Below are positions 34,193-42,245 of a stretch of 54,706 nucleotides of DNA, piece after piece (within the stretch, counting starts at the first letter, position 1; every line of letters begins with the position of its first letter). The notes under the pieces were generated by a model. The model worked only from the letters and a program-made list of their open reading frames with translations, searched no databases and was not told the origin of the DNA. This DNA comes from a virus (lineage: Duplodnaviria > Caudoviricetes). Location of the stretch: positions 1 to 54,706 of the IMG/VR virus record IMGVR_UViG_3300037419_001325; one strand, given 5' to 3'. A program made the position numbers and the translations under genes.

Positions 34193-34257
34193 CATGGCCT
34201 CGCCATGTGGAGCAGCCACTGAATCAGCTGATACGCCAGCCACGGATTGACAATCAC
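34189..34257 (-). CDS. 22-aa micro-ORF
   Basis: GTGA overlap with endolysin stop; MIVNPWLAYQLIQWLLHMARPW. Confidence 0.5.
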   Translation of the reverse strand: MIVNPWLAYQLIQWLLHMARPW

Positions 34258-35495
34258 TTACCCGATACTTTTCGGATAAGCGCCGCGATCCCATCGCGCA
34301 TCGTCAGTTCCTCGCCCTTCGAATTCTGGCCCAGCGAAGAATCCGCACTCCAATCGGGATGCTTCGGGCCGAGCTGTTCGAAAATGTAATTCAGCTTCGC
34401 CCGATCCTCGTCGGTGAATGCCATATCGTCGTCCTCTCCGTTCGCCGACCACTGCCCGTAATCGGCTGTCGTTGCCTTGTTGATGTCGCACTGGACCCCG
34501 CCGACCCAGGCGTATCCGGTGTTGTTCAGCTGCAGCAGCTGCGCGCGGCTATCGACGTTGCCGCCCGACCACGCCTCCGCCTGCCACCCCCACCGCGCCG
34601 TCCCGTTGTCCAGGCAGCGCTTCACCACCCAATAGCCGCCGTACACGCCGACGTTGTCCTCGCCGATCACGGTGGCGGCGCCGCGGAGGTAGTCGTCTAT
34701 CGCGCGTTGCTGAGACTCGAATGCATCCCAGTCCGCGGAGAAGTAGATCGGCCGATCCCGCTGGCCGCCGCACCGAAGCACCTGCGCGAGGGCGGCGTTG
34801 GCGTCGTCCACGCCTGCTTGCCAGCCCTCCAACATGCGGTCCGCGTAGGTTTCCCAGTTCGACACGATCTCCACCCCGGCAGCGCGGAGCCGGTCGGCCT
34901 CGTCGGGGGTAAGTAGCTTGCCGGGCAGGTTCGGTCCGCCATCGGACAGGTAGCGGACAACGAACTCGTATCCGGCGGCCCGGATCGCGGCAGGGTCCGG
35001 GCGGCCACCGGCATAGTCCAGGCCGAGCGGGTACGACATACGTGTTCCTCCAGGTTCGAGTGCGCCGTTCAGCCACGGCAGCGGGGGAAGGCGGTCCGAG
35101 CCGGGCGGCACCCACACCGACCGGTGCACCTCGAAATGCAGGTGCGGGGCAACATTTCCGTTCGTCGCGGGATTGGGGTTGATGTGTCCGATCTGCTGCC
35201 CGGCCGCCACCCGGTCACCCACCGCAACCTCGCGCACGATGTGCCCATACACGGTGGTGCCGGCCCCGGCCTCGGTGGGATGGTCGATGACGACCCACCC
35301 GGCGGGATCGGGGCCACCGAAACCAGCCGCGGGCCCGGCGTAGACGACTTGGCCGGCCTGCGCCGCGTACACAGGTAGGCCGCCGCTGCCGCCGTTCTTG
35401 CCGAAGTCCACGCCCCAGTGGAAGCCTTCGGGGCGTTGGCCGAATCCGCTGGTGACTACCCGGCCCGAGCCGAGAGGCCAATAGCGTTCGCTCAT
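34254..35495 (-). CDS. lysA: Endolysin: M23 peptidase + DUF1906/GH25-like hydrolase + C-terminal domain
   Basis: HWGVDF, YGH, PHLHFEVH (M23); GLDY..RYLS..IYFSAD..GVYG..CDIN (GH25-like); leaderless start after late promoter. Confidence 0.9.
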   Translation of the reverse strand: MSERYWPLGSGRVVTSGFGQRPEGFHWGVDFGKNGGSGGLPVYAAQAGQVVYAGPAAGFGGPDPAGWVVIDHPTEAGAGTTVYGHIVREVAVGDRVAAGQQIGHINPNPATNGNVAPHLHFEVHRSVWVPPGSDRLPPLPWLNGALEPGGTRMSYPLGLDYAGGRPDPAAIRAAGYEFVVRYLSDGGPNLPGKLLTPDEADRLRAAGVEIVSNWETYADRMLEGWQAGVDDANAALAQVLRCGGQRDRPIYFSADWDAFESQQRAIDDYLRGAATVIGEDNVGVYGGYWVVKRCLDNGTARWGWQAEAWSGGNVDSRAQLLQLNNTGYAWVGGVQCDINKATTADYGQWSANGEDDDMAFTDEDRAKLNYIFEQLGPKHPDWSADSSLGQNSKGEELTMRDGIAALIRKVSGK

Positions 35496-35502
35496 GGCGC
35501 GC

Positions 35503-35523
35503 ACGGTAGGCGGTGGGGGTGCA
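35503..35523 (-). promoter_or_regulatory. Late-type promoter motif copy 4
   Basis: TGCACCCC-N7-TACCGT, ATG 7 nt downstream. Confidence 0.75.
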
Positions 35524-35672
35524 ACCCTCGCGCGCGTACGCGGGTACGCGCACGAACGCGCGGCACTATCCGCGACGCTGCTGGTGCCGGGTAGTGACCT
35601 ACGCAGCATTGATGCCAGCTAACTACCCGTACGCGAGCATGTATGATCATGGCGTACGAAAGGAATCCAGCC

Positions 35673-35975
35673 GTGACCATCCGCTACCTCAACGCCCGCG
35701 AGTTCGCCGAGCGCATCGGCGTAGGCCGCAACACCCTGTGGCAGTACAAGCTGCCGCCGCCGGACGCGATGATCGGTGACCGGAAAGGCTGGCTCCCGCA
35801 GACGATCGATGCATGGCAGGAACGCCGCCCCGGCCACCGCACCAAGCAGGCGGACGAGAACTGGCACCTCCCTCCGGAGGTAGCAGCCACGCTGGTGCCC
35901 GCTACTCGCCCGCCATCGCGGCGAAAGCGTCAAACGACGCCAACTCATCCTCCGGAGCAAAGCCAGCCGGAATAA
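35673..35975 (+). CDS. AlpA/excisionase-like winged-HTH protein
   Basis: YLNAREFAERIGV..TL..YKLPPPDAMIG..KGW...TIDAW; GAAAGGA RBS. Confidence 0.75.
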   Translation: MTIRYLNAREFAERIGVGRNTLWQYKLPPPDAMIGDRKGWLPQTIDAWQERRPGHRTKQADENWHLPPEVAATLVPATRPPSRRKRQTTPTHPPEQSQPE

Positions 35976-36788
35976 CCTTCAACTCGCCCGACCGCGTATC
36001 GATGGTCTCTTCCCGGTACATTTCCCGGTTGAACTCGGCCAATTCCTTCTCGCCCATATTCTCGGTCCACAACACCTCCACGAAATCCAGCACCGCGTGC
36101 ATATCCGGCAGTTGCCGTAGTGGATCGGGAATTCCGGACTTGATGAATTGGCCTCGGACTACGCGCCAATTACGCGCCGCGAATTGCGCTAGGGCCGCGA
36201 CGGCTCGATAGGGCGGGCCGTGTCCAGGGTGGCGATTTTCTCGATCACCCGGCCGAAGTCATCGACCGTGAAATTGTCGTCCGGGTTCATCATCCGTTCC
36301 AGCATCCGCTGATAGCTCAACGGCGAAATGTGGCGCTGCACGAACAGCGTCATCATCTGGACTTTGATTTCGTCGGGCGTGTACTTCGAGGCCGCCATCG
36401 AAAACGCCTGCAACGCGGCCGGTTGCGGTTTCCGCACCTGGATCAGCTCACCGTCGAGTTCAACGGTGGCGTGCTTCCACTTCGGGATCGGCTTCCCGAA
36501 CCCGTCGAGGATCACCTCACCGGTGTCGATGTCGACCTCGTACTCCTCACCATCGGAATCCACGACAGCCGGGGTGTACGGGCGCGGTGTCTCGGTGCGC
36601 ACGGGGGAGGGCTCGCCGGTGGGCTGGATGATCTGCGGCTGATCCTCCTGGAAACGCCGCTGACGGATCAGCGCCTTCTCGGCCTCCAGCTCCGCCTTCT
36701 CGCGCTCGAGCTGTGCGCGGTCGGCCTCGATGCTGTTCACCTGGCCGTTCAGGTCGGCCATCCCGCTGGGGGGTTCGATGTTCGTCAT
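35902..36788 (-). CDS. Tail assembly chaperone with probable -1 frameshift (short form 36189..36788)
   Basis: GGAGG RBS; short ORF ends ARPIEPSRP; -1 frame stays open through AVAALAQF...FDAFAAMAGE. Confidence 0.7.
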
Positions 36789-36831
36789 GGTGTCCTCCAT
36801 CCGTTACTGCTGCCCTGGGGTACAGGCGCGC

Positions 36832-36852
36832 ACGGTAGGGGGCAGGGGTGCA
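36832..36852 (-). promoter_or_regulatory. Late-type promoter motif copy 5
   Basis: TGCACCCC-N7-TACCGT, leadered transcript. Confidence 0.75.
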
Positions 36853-36956
36853 GAACTCCCGCCATCAAGATTCGGGCCCCAGACTTGAAACTGAGGGCTC
36901 TACTTTCAAGACTGTTTGTGAGTACACTCTGCGGTGGGCGGGTTGATCGCCGCCTG

Positions 36957-37139
36957 CTCGGGTTGAGGATTACCGGCGGAAGCGCGCATCCAAAACAGCG
37001 AGAACCACATCCCACGGGAGTAGCTACCCAGTTGGGCGAGGGGAGGCCCCTCTAGTGGTCGGCCTGGCAGCGCAGTTTAGAGGACCGCATTCGTGGCGCC
37101 TCGCATATCGGGTTCGACTCCCGACACCTCAGACCCGAG
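36957..37139 (+). ncRNA. Structured RNA with T-arm, tRNA-like element 1
   Basis: Terminal stem CTCGGGT-TGAGG / CCTCA-G-ACCCGAG; T-arm TCGGG-TTCGACT-CCCGA 37108-37124. Confidence 0.5.
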
Positions 37140-37144
37140 GCCGA

Positions 37145-37226
37145 TGGCTGTTCCTCGGCGCGACCTCGTGAGAAAACTCGGTTAAGTCCGGGCCGCGAGT
37201 GCCGGGTTCGATTCCCGGGCAGCCAC
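37145..37226 (+). ncRNA. tRNA-like element 2 (non-canonical D and anticodon arms)
   Basis: 7-bp acceptor TGGCTGT/GCAGCCA directly adjoining T-arm CCGGG-TTCGATT-CCCGG; 82 nt; no encoded CCA. Confidence 0.6.
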
Positions 37227-37341
37227 TACAGGTTTACCCCCGGGTCAGGCTCCACCCTGATCACCGCGAACTTTCAGTGGTGCATGCGGTCCACGTACTC
37301 GTCTGCGGGACACTGCGATCGGTGCCCGGGGTACGGCCAGC

Positions 37342-37956
37342 TTACGGGATGGCGGGCACGCTGAACAGGTCCAACCGGACGGGCCCGACCTTGCCGAGCC
37401 GGGACGGTATCGGGTCACCCCATGCGGTGGTGTACCAGTCGATACCCCACGCCGACGTGTACCACGACACCTCCACCTTGGCCTTCATCTGCTGCCCCGG
37501 GGCGAGGGTGGCGATATCGCCGATCGGGACCGAGTTGGTGGGTTGCCGGTCCTCCAGCAGGAAATAGATGGCCGCGGTGCCGCCGCCCGATCCGGTGGAC
37601 CCGGTGCCGAGGTCCCCGTACCCGCGCATCAGGGATTCATCCGTCAGGGTCGGATCAGCGGGGGAGGTACCGGAGGACACACCCCACCGGGTGCGGATCG
37701 TCAGATCCTTCAACCCGTCGATCGAATACCGTTGCGGGCCCTGCGTCATCAACGCATACACCTGCTGCGATATCCCGGTGTCGTTCGTCCACACCACATT
37801 CACCGTGAACAACACCGTCCCCGGGGAGACGTTGGACGCTGGGGTGAAGGTCGCGCCACCACCCTGCGCGGTCGCCCGCTGCGCCCACTGCCACCGCCGC
37901 AACGGGTCGAGCGCCCCATCTGTCGTGTCGAAGAAAGAACTATCAGCACAGGTCAT
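37342..37956 (-). CDS. Minor tail protein
   Basis: Last of three paralogous beta-rich ORFs (WTN motif) in the tail operon. Confidence 0.75.
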   Translation of the reverse strand: MTCADSSFFDTTDGALDPLRRWQWAQRATAQGGGATFTPASNVSPGTVLFTVNVVWTNDTGISQQVYALMTQGPQRYSIDGLKDLTIRTRWGVSSGTSPADPTLTDESLMRGYGDLGTGSTGSGGGTAAIYFLLEDRQPTNSVPIGDIATLAPGQQMKAKVEVSWYTSAWGIDWYTTAWGDPIPSRLGKVGPVRLDLFSVPAIP

Positions 37957-37959
37957 GAT

Positions 37960-38538
37960 CTACTCCGGAGCCGCCCACAGCAGCAGCCGCACCCAGTAGG
38001 CGCGCACCACCTGGAACGCCTGGTTAGGGTCACGCCACTGCCCCGGCGTGGTGTAGAGGGCGCGGTAACGGATGTGCGCGGTCTGCCCGGCCGGCACCAC
38101 CCCCAACGACTGAAATCGAGTGTTGTCGTCCCAGCCACGGAAGAACCTGCCGTAGTTGATCTGGTTCAACGCAAACGGGGTAATGGAGGCGCGGCACCCG
38201 ATACCGTCCTCCGTCGCGTACGGGTCCGGAGCATTCGGCGAGACGGCGATATCGAAGCTCACCGCGTCATCGAGGGCGTACGTGTTCGGATTGGTCGCGA
38301 CGATCGTCCGCGGTGCGCGATGGGTCGACAGCCAGCACTGCTGATCGGAGCCGGTGGCGTTGGTCCACGACATCTCCGCGTCGATGAAGATCACCGGGTC
38401 CGGCGCGCGCTGAACGTTGCCGTCCTTCGTGCTGGTGGTGAATCGTTCGGCGACAATGCGCGGCATCCACGCTTCCGCGAACCCTGTCCCGCGGGGCCCG
38501 GAGATCATCATCTCCGACGAGCAGATCGCGATACTCAT
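37960..38538 (-). CDS. Minor tail protein
   Basis: Paralog: ICSS...WTN...NPN...RYRA...RLLLWAAP. Confidence 0.75.
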   Translation of the reverse strand: MSIAICSSEMMISGPRGTGFAEAWMPRIVAERFTTSTKDGNVQRAPDPVIFIDAEMSWTNATGSDQQCWLSTHRAPRTIVATNPNTYALDDAVSFDIAVSPNAPDPYATEDGIGCRASITPFALNQINYGRFFRGWDDNTRFQSLGVVPAGQTAHIRYRALYTTPGQWRDPNQAFQVVRAYWVRLLLWAAPE

Positions 38539-39149
38539 CGAACCGCCTCATCCAAGGTAGGGAACGCCCACAACCGCAACGTGACCCCGCGCGCCCACGC
38601 CTCATGCAGCGGATTGTTGGCGCTGGCGTTGTTGCTCCAGGGTGGGGGAGTCCAGCAATACGCGCGGTATTTGATCTGGATTGAGGACCCGGCCGGCAGG
38701 TCGTACCACTCCTCCGACGCGCTGGCTGGGTAGTGCTGGTGGATGCGCGCATAGAACGGCTGGGATGCCTGGTCGGTGCCCATGTCCCACGACAGCGTGG
38801 TCAGCGAGTTGACGAGGTTGTAGGAGTCGGGAGTGACCGCGGACCGGTCGATACCCACATTCCAGGAGTCCCAGATTTGCACGGCGTTAGGGTTTGACGC
38901 GATCAGGGTCCGGTATTTGCGGATGACCTGCAACCGCATCACCGAAGCTAGCGGCGAATCCGACGTCCACGACACCGAGGTGTCGATCATCAACCGACCC
39001 GGCTGAGACGGGAGACCCGCACTGCTGATCGTGCCGTCACCGGTGGAGGTGGCGGTCTGCTGCGCGACCAAGCGGGGCGCGGACCACTTCGCGATCCCCA
39101 GCACACCGGAGGTGATGGACAGGTTGCGGCTGGCACAGACTTTCGGCAT
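38535..39149 (-). CDS. Minor tail protein
   Basis: Paralog: VCAS...WTS...NPN...KYRA...LRLWAFP. Confidence 0.75.
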   Translation of the reverse strand: MPKVCASRNLSITSGVLGIAKWSAPRLVAQQTATSTGDGTISSAGLPSQPGRLMIDTSVSWTSDSPLASVMRLQVIRKYRTLIASNPNAVQIWDSWNVGIDRSAVTPDSYNLVNSLTTLSWDMGTDQASQPFYARIHQHYPASASEEWYDLPAGSSIQIKYRAYCWTPPPWSNNASANNPLHEAWARGVTLRLWAFPTLDEAVR

Positions 39150-39153
39150 CGGT

Positions 39154-39825
39154 TCAGCTCCTCTGTACCAGGGACATGGAGAACACGGTCGGCACCGGGG
39201 ATGTGGTCAGGGTGGTCGACCCGATCCCCTGCCCCGAGTAGGCAGCGGCCCATAGTTGAATCTTCTGGCCTGCGTTCACCCGCAATAGCCCGTTGACCTG
39301 CGAGGTGAGCCAAATGTTGTTCTGCCCGGAGTTGTCGGAGATCCGGCCGTACAACAGCGGCTGGTCATCCACGAGAACGATCACCATCCAGTAACCCGAC
39401 CCGTCGCGGAAGTGCACCGACCCCGACACCTGATAGATCCCCGACACTGGGGCGTTGATCGCGTCGAACGTGGTCTTTCCGCCCGTCCAATCCCCGCCGG
39501 ACTGGAACCGTGCGCCGTCGAAGATCACCGCGGCCCCACCCGACGGGAGGGTTTGGGAGGCGTTGCGCACCACCGACACCGCGGGCACAGCGTCGTCCTG
39601 AATGGTGTCCGGGTCGTTCTCCCCGCCGGCGGGCTGGCGGGCGATGACCACGCTGCCGCCGTTGACGTTGGATGCGATCAAACTGCCATCGGTGCTGGTG
39701 GACAGCACCCATTCACCGACCCGCATCGACGTCGGGTTCTCCACCGAGTCCAACCGGCGGGAGGTATCGCGCGCCCACTCAGCATCGTTCTTCGGCGGGC
39801 GCACCGATTCCGCGGTTCCGCTCAT
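39154..39825 (-). CDS. Minor tail protein with C1q/TNF-like C-terminal domain
   Basis: PPKNDAEWAR N-terminus; APVSGIYQVSGSV beta-sandwich. Confidence 0.7.
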   Translation of the reverse strand: MSGTAESVRPPKNDAEWARDTSRRLDSVENPTSMRVGEWVLSTSTDGSLIASNVNGGSVVIARQPAGGENDPDTIQDDAVPAVSVVRNASQTLPSGGAAVIFDGARFQSGGDWTGGKTTFDAINAPVSGIYQVSGSVHFRDGSGYWMVIVLVDDQPLLYGRISDNSGQNNIWLTSQVNGLLRVNAGQKIQLWAAAYSGQGIGSTTLTTSPVPTVFSMSLVQRS

Positions 39826-40835
39826 TGCACCTGCGCTCCCGCCTTCTCCAGGGCTGTGGGGTTGTCCGGGGTGGACAGCGACACAGCCACCTGCGTGCCA
39901 GACGACGAACCCGACACCTGCACCTGATCCAGGCGCAGGATCGTACGGAGGCCCAGCGCAGACACTGACACGTTGATGCCAGGCACCAACATGTCCAACT
40001 CCACGGGTGCATCGGGGGACAGGGTCGCAGACTGCGGCACCACCAGTTCGTCACGGATCACCGCCGACCGGGACACATACTCCGCCGCCGCCCTCTGGAT
40101 GTTCGATACCCCGAACAGATCATCCAGGCTGACGATGGATTGCAGGCGCAACCCGGCGAGCTCCTTGCGCTCTGTCCAGGCCGCGTTCTTCCCCTGCACC
40201 CGCACGTCGTTGGCCGTCCTGGCTCCGGATCGTTTGATGCTCATACCCACGGTGAAATCGCAGTCCGACAGCTCCGCCGCGATCTCGATGGGTTGGCTGC
40301 CGAGGATCGGCCGGCCCCGCACCACAGTCCACCGCAACCCGAGTTTCGTCAGGTCGGCCATGTCCTGCTGCACATATTTCAGGTCCGCCGTCACCTGGTA
40401 GTCGTATCGGGACGCGGTAGCCAGGGCGGGCAGCACAACGGGGTCCGCGTCGATGCCGTGGAAAGACAGCATGTCGCGCCACATATCCGCCGCGATCGGG
40501 GCGATATTGAGCTGCGACCATTTGCGCGTGATTTGTGTACGGGTGTGCCACATCAGGTTGGACAAATCCCGGGCGTCGATCGTCATGCTGGTGCGGTCGC
40601 GGGTCGGCTCGAGGACGGGCCCGAACCACTGCAAGTCGCCGTCGTGCCACGCCGATATCCAGTGCTCCCATGGCGTGATCAGGGTGGATAGCTCCTGCAA
40701 CGGAGCCTGCACCTGGCAGCGCGACACCTCGTTCAGTTCCCGCGACCAGGTGAAGCTGGTCGGAGCCTCCACCGTGCCCAACGTCGACCCGTCCCTGATG
40801 GAATGGATGGCGAACGCCGCGTTGCCCAGCTTCAC
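39822..40835 (-). CDS. Minor tail (baseplate hub-like) protein
   Basis: WSRELNEVSRC, WFGPV; position after distal-tail-like gene. Confidence 0.75.
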   Translation of the reverse strand: MKLGNAAFAIHSIRDGSTLGTVEAPTSFTWSRELNEVSRCQVQAPLQELSTLITPWEHWISAWHDGDLQWFGPVLEPTRDRTSMTIDARDLSNLMWHTRTQITRKWSQLNIAPIAADMWRDMLSFHGIDADPVVLPALATASRYDYQVTADLKYVQQDMADLTKLGLRWTVVRGRPILGSQPIEIAAELSDCDFTVGMSIKRSGARTANDVRVQGKNAAWTERKELAGLRLQSIVSLDDLFGVSNIQRAAAEYVSRSAVIRDELVVPQSATLSPDAPVELDMLVPGINVSVSALGLRTILRLDQVQVSGSSSGTQVAVSLSTPDNPTALEKAGAQVQ

Positions 40836-42088
40836 GATTGCCGCCCCCGCACCGAGACCTGGACAGTGAAGTCGATTCCCGGCTCGTGCTGCGCGACCAG
40901 CTCCCAGCACTGCCCGGCATCCAGCACGACGGGTGTCCACGGCGCACCGGTGGGGGTGTGCACGATCCCCACCTGCCGCACCTGCTGACTGTTCACCACG
41001 CCGTAGGGGCGGCCCATCACCGAATCAGCGACGATCGTGGACCCCGCAGGGAGACCCGCCAGCGACAGAAACCCGGTCCGGTCGCAGGTGGCGGTGGACC
41101 CGCGCGGCCGAAACCAGAAATTCACCGACACCGGATCAGCGCCAGCAGTGACGGTGAGGGTCACCGTTTCGTCCCGGCACATCACACCCTCCGCCGCCGG
41201 CACCTGCGCCACCCGAGTCTGCACCTCGCAGACGGGGATACAGCCCGCGCACACCGGCGGCTGCACCGCGGTCACGTCCACGGTCGCCGGGACGCACACC
41301 GCCGATGCGAGCGTTGGGATTTCCGCGCACGAACTGGGGTCCTCGCAGTCGGGTGGGTGCGCCCATTCGATGGACTCGGTGACCGAGGACGCCCACACGA
41401 CCGTGCGGGAGGTGGCGGGCCCATACACGTACGGGTCCAAGACGCCCATCTCCCAGTCCACGGTTTTCACCGCGCCCTGCCGATGCTGCTGCCCCCGCGT
41501 CCCGAAGCTCTTCGTTTCCCGCAGCTCCCGCGTGTAGACCACCCGGGACATGACCCGCCGCAACAGTTCCGGGTCCGCGCTCGAATCCTCCGGGTGCGCC
41601 GACAGGTACTCCAGAGTGGTCCCGGCCAGACTCGTGGCGTCGCGCAGGCGGCACGCCAGCCACTCCTTGCCGTACTCCACCCCGGCGTTCGTGCAGCCGA
41701 TGAGGATTGCTTCGAACGTGAGTCCGCGCGCCTTGTCCCGGTGTGGGCCGGTCACGCCGCCCGCGCAGATCGCGTCGGAAATTTGCCGGTCCACCGGCGC
41801 GGGACCGAACCCATCCGTACTGGTCACCCAAACACCCAGGAACTCCGCTGATTGGGGGACGGTCGCGTCATACCATGGCGCGTTCGACAGCACGTACGGT
41901 TCGTCACCGAGGAACGTGGCGAGGTCGGGCCAGGAGTCGTCATAGCGGATGTAGTCGCGGGGAGCGACGCATCGGCATTGGGCGCGGGCTTCCTCCATCG
42001 AGGACGGCACACCGGGGACGGCGTGCGCGACCAACCGGCTGGTGTTGGTCAACTCCAGGCCGGCGAGAGCGATATAGCCTCGGAACAC
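40832..42088 (-). CDS. Minor tail (distal tail-like) protein
   Basis: MFRGY..L.G.EL.N, APWYD...S.EF.G; follows tape measure. Confidence 0.8.
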   Translation of the reverse strand: MFRGYIALAGLELTNTSRLVAHAVPGVPSSMEEARAQCRCVAPRDYIRYDDSWPDLATFLGDEPYVLSNAPWYDATVPQSAEFLGVWVTSTDGFGPAPVDRQISDAICAGGVTGPHRDKARGLTFEAILIGCTNAGVEYGKEWLACRLRDATSLAGTTLEYLSAHPEDSSADPELLRRVMSRVVYTRELRETKSFGTRGQQHRQGAVKTVDWEMGVLDPYVYGPATSRTVVWASSVTESIEWAHPPDCEDPSSCAEIPTLASAVCVPATVDVTAVQPPVCAGCIPVCEVQTRVAQVPAAEGVMCRDETVTLTVTAGADPVSVNFWFRPRGSTATCDRTGFLSLAGLPAGSTIVADSVMGRPYGVVNSQQVRQVGIVHTPTGAPWTPVVLDAGQCWELVAQHEPGIDFTVQVSVRGRQS

Positions 42089-42235
42089 CTACTCCTCCGG
42101 TTCCGCGAGCACGGGAGTAGGCGCGGTCAATCCCACCACGGCGAGATAGGTGGGTTCAGGCTCATGATCGGGCGGGACAGCGTCCGCGTCCGACACGGTC
42201 CGTTGCCCCAGGTCCACGATCTGTGATTGGTCCAC
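42089..42235 (-). CDS. Small acidic protein
   Basis: GGGAGG RBS, GTG start. Confidence 0.55.
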   Translation of the reverse strand: MDQSQIVDLGQRTVSDADAVPPDHEPEPTYLAVVGLTAPTPVLAEPEE

Positions 42236-42245
42236 GACAGCCTCC

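Noticed and set aside
35611-35620. GATGCCAGCT partial match to the leader motif
   Set aside because: Only one arm of stem 1; no second hairpin or adjacent start codon on the minus strand
37145-37226. Canonical tRNA-Asp(GTC)
   Set aside because: Anticodon loop lacks U33 and purine 37, D-arm is non-canonical and no CCA is encoded; kept only as tRNA-like
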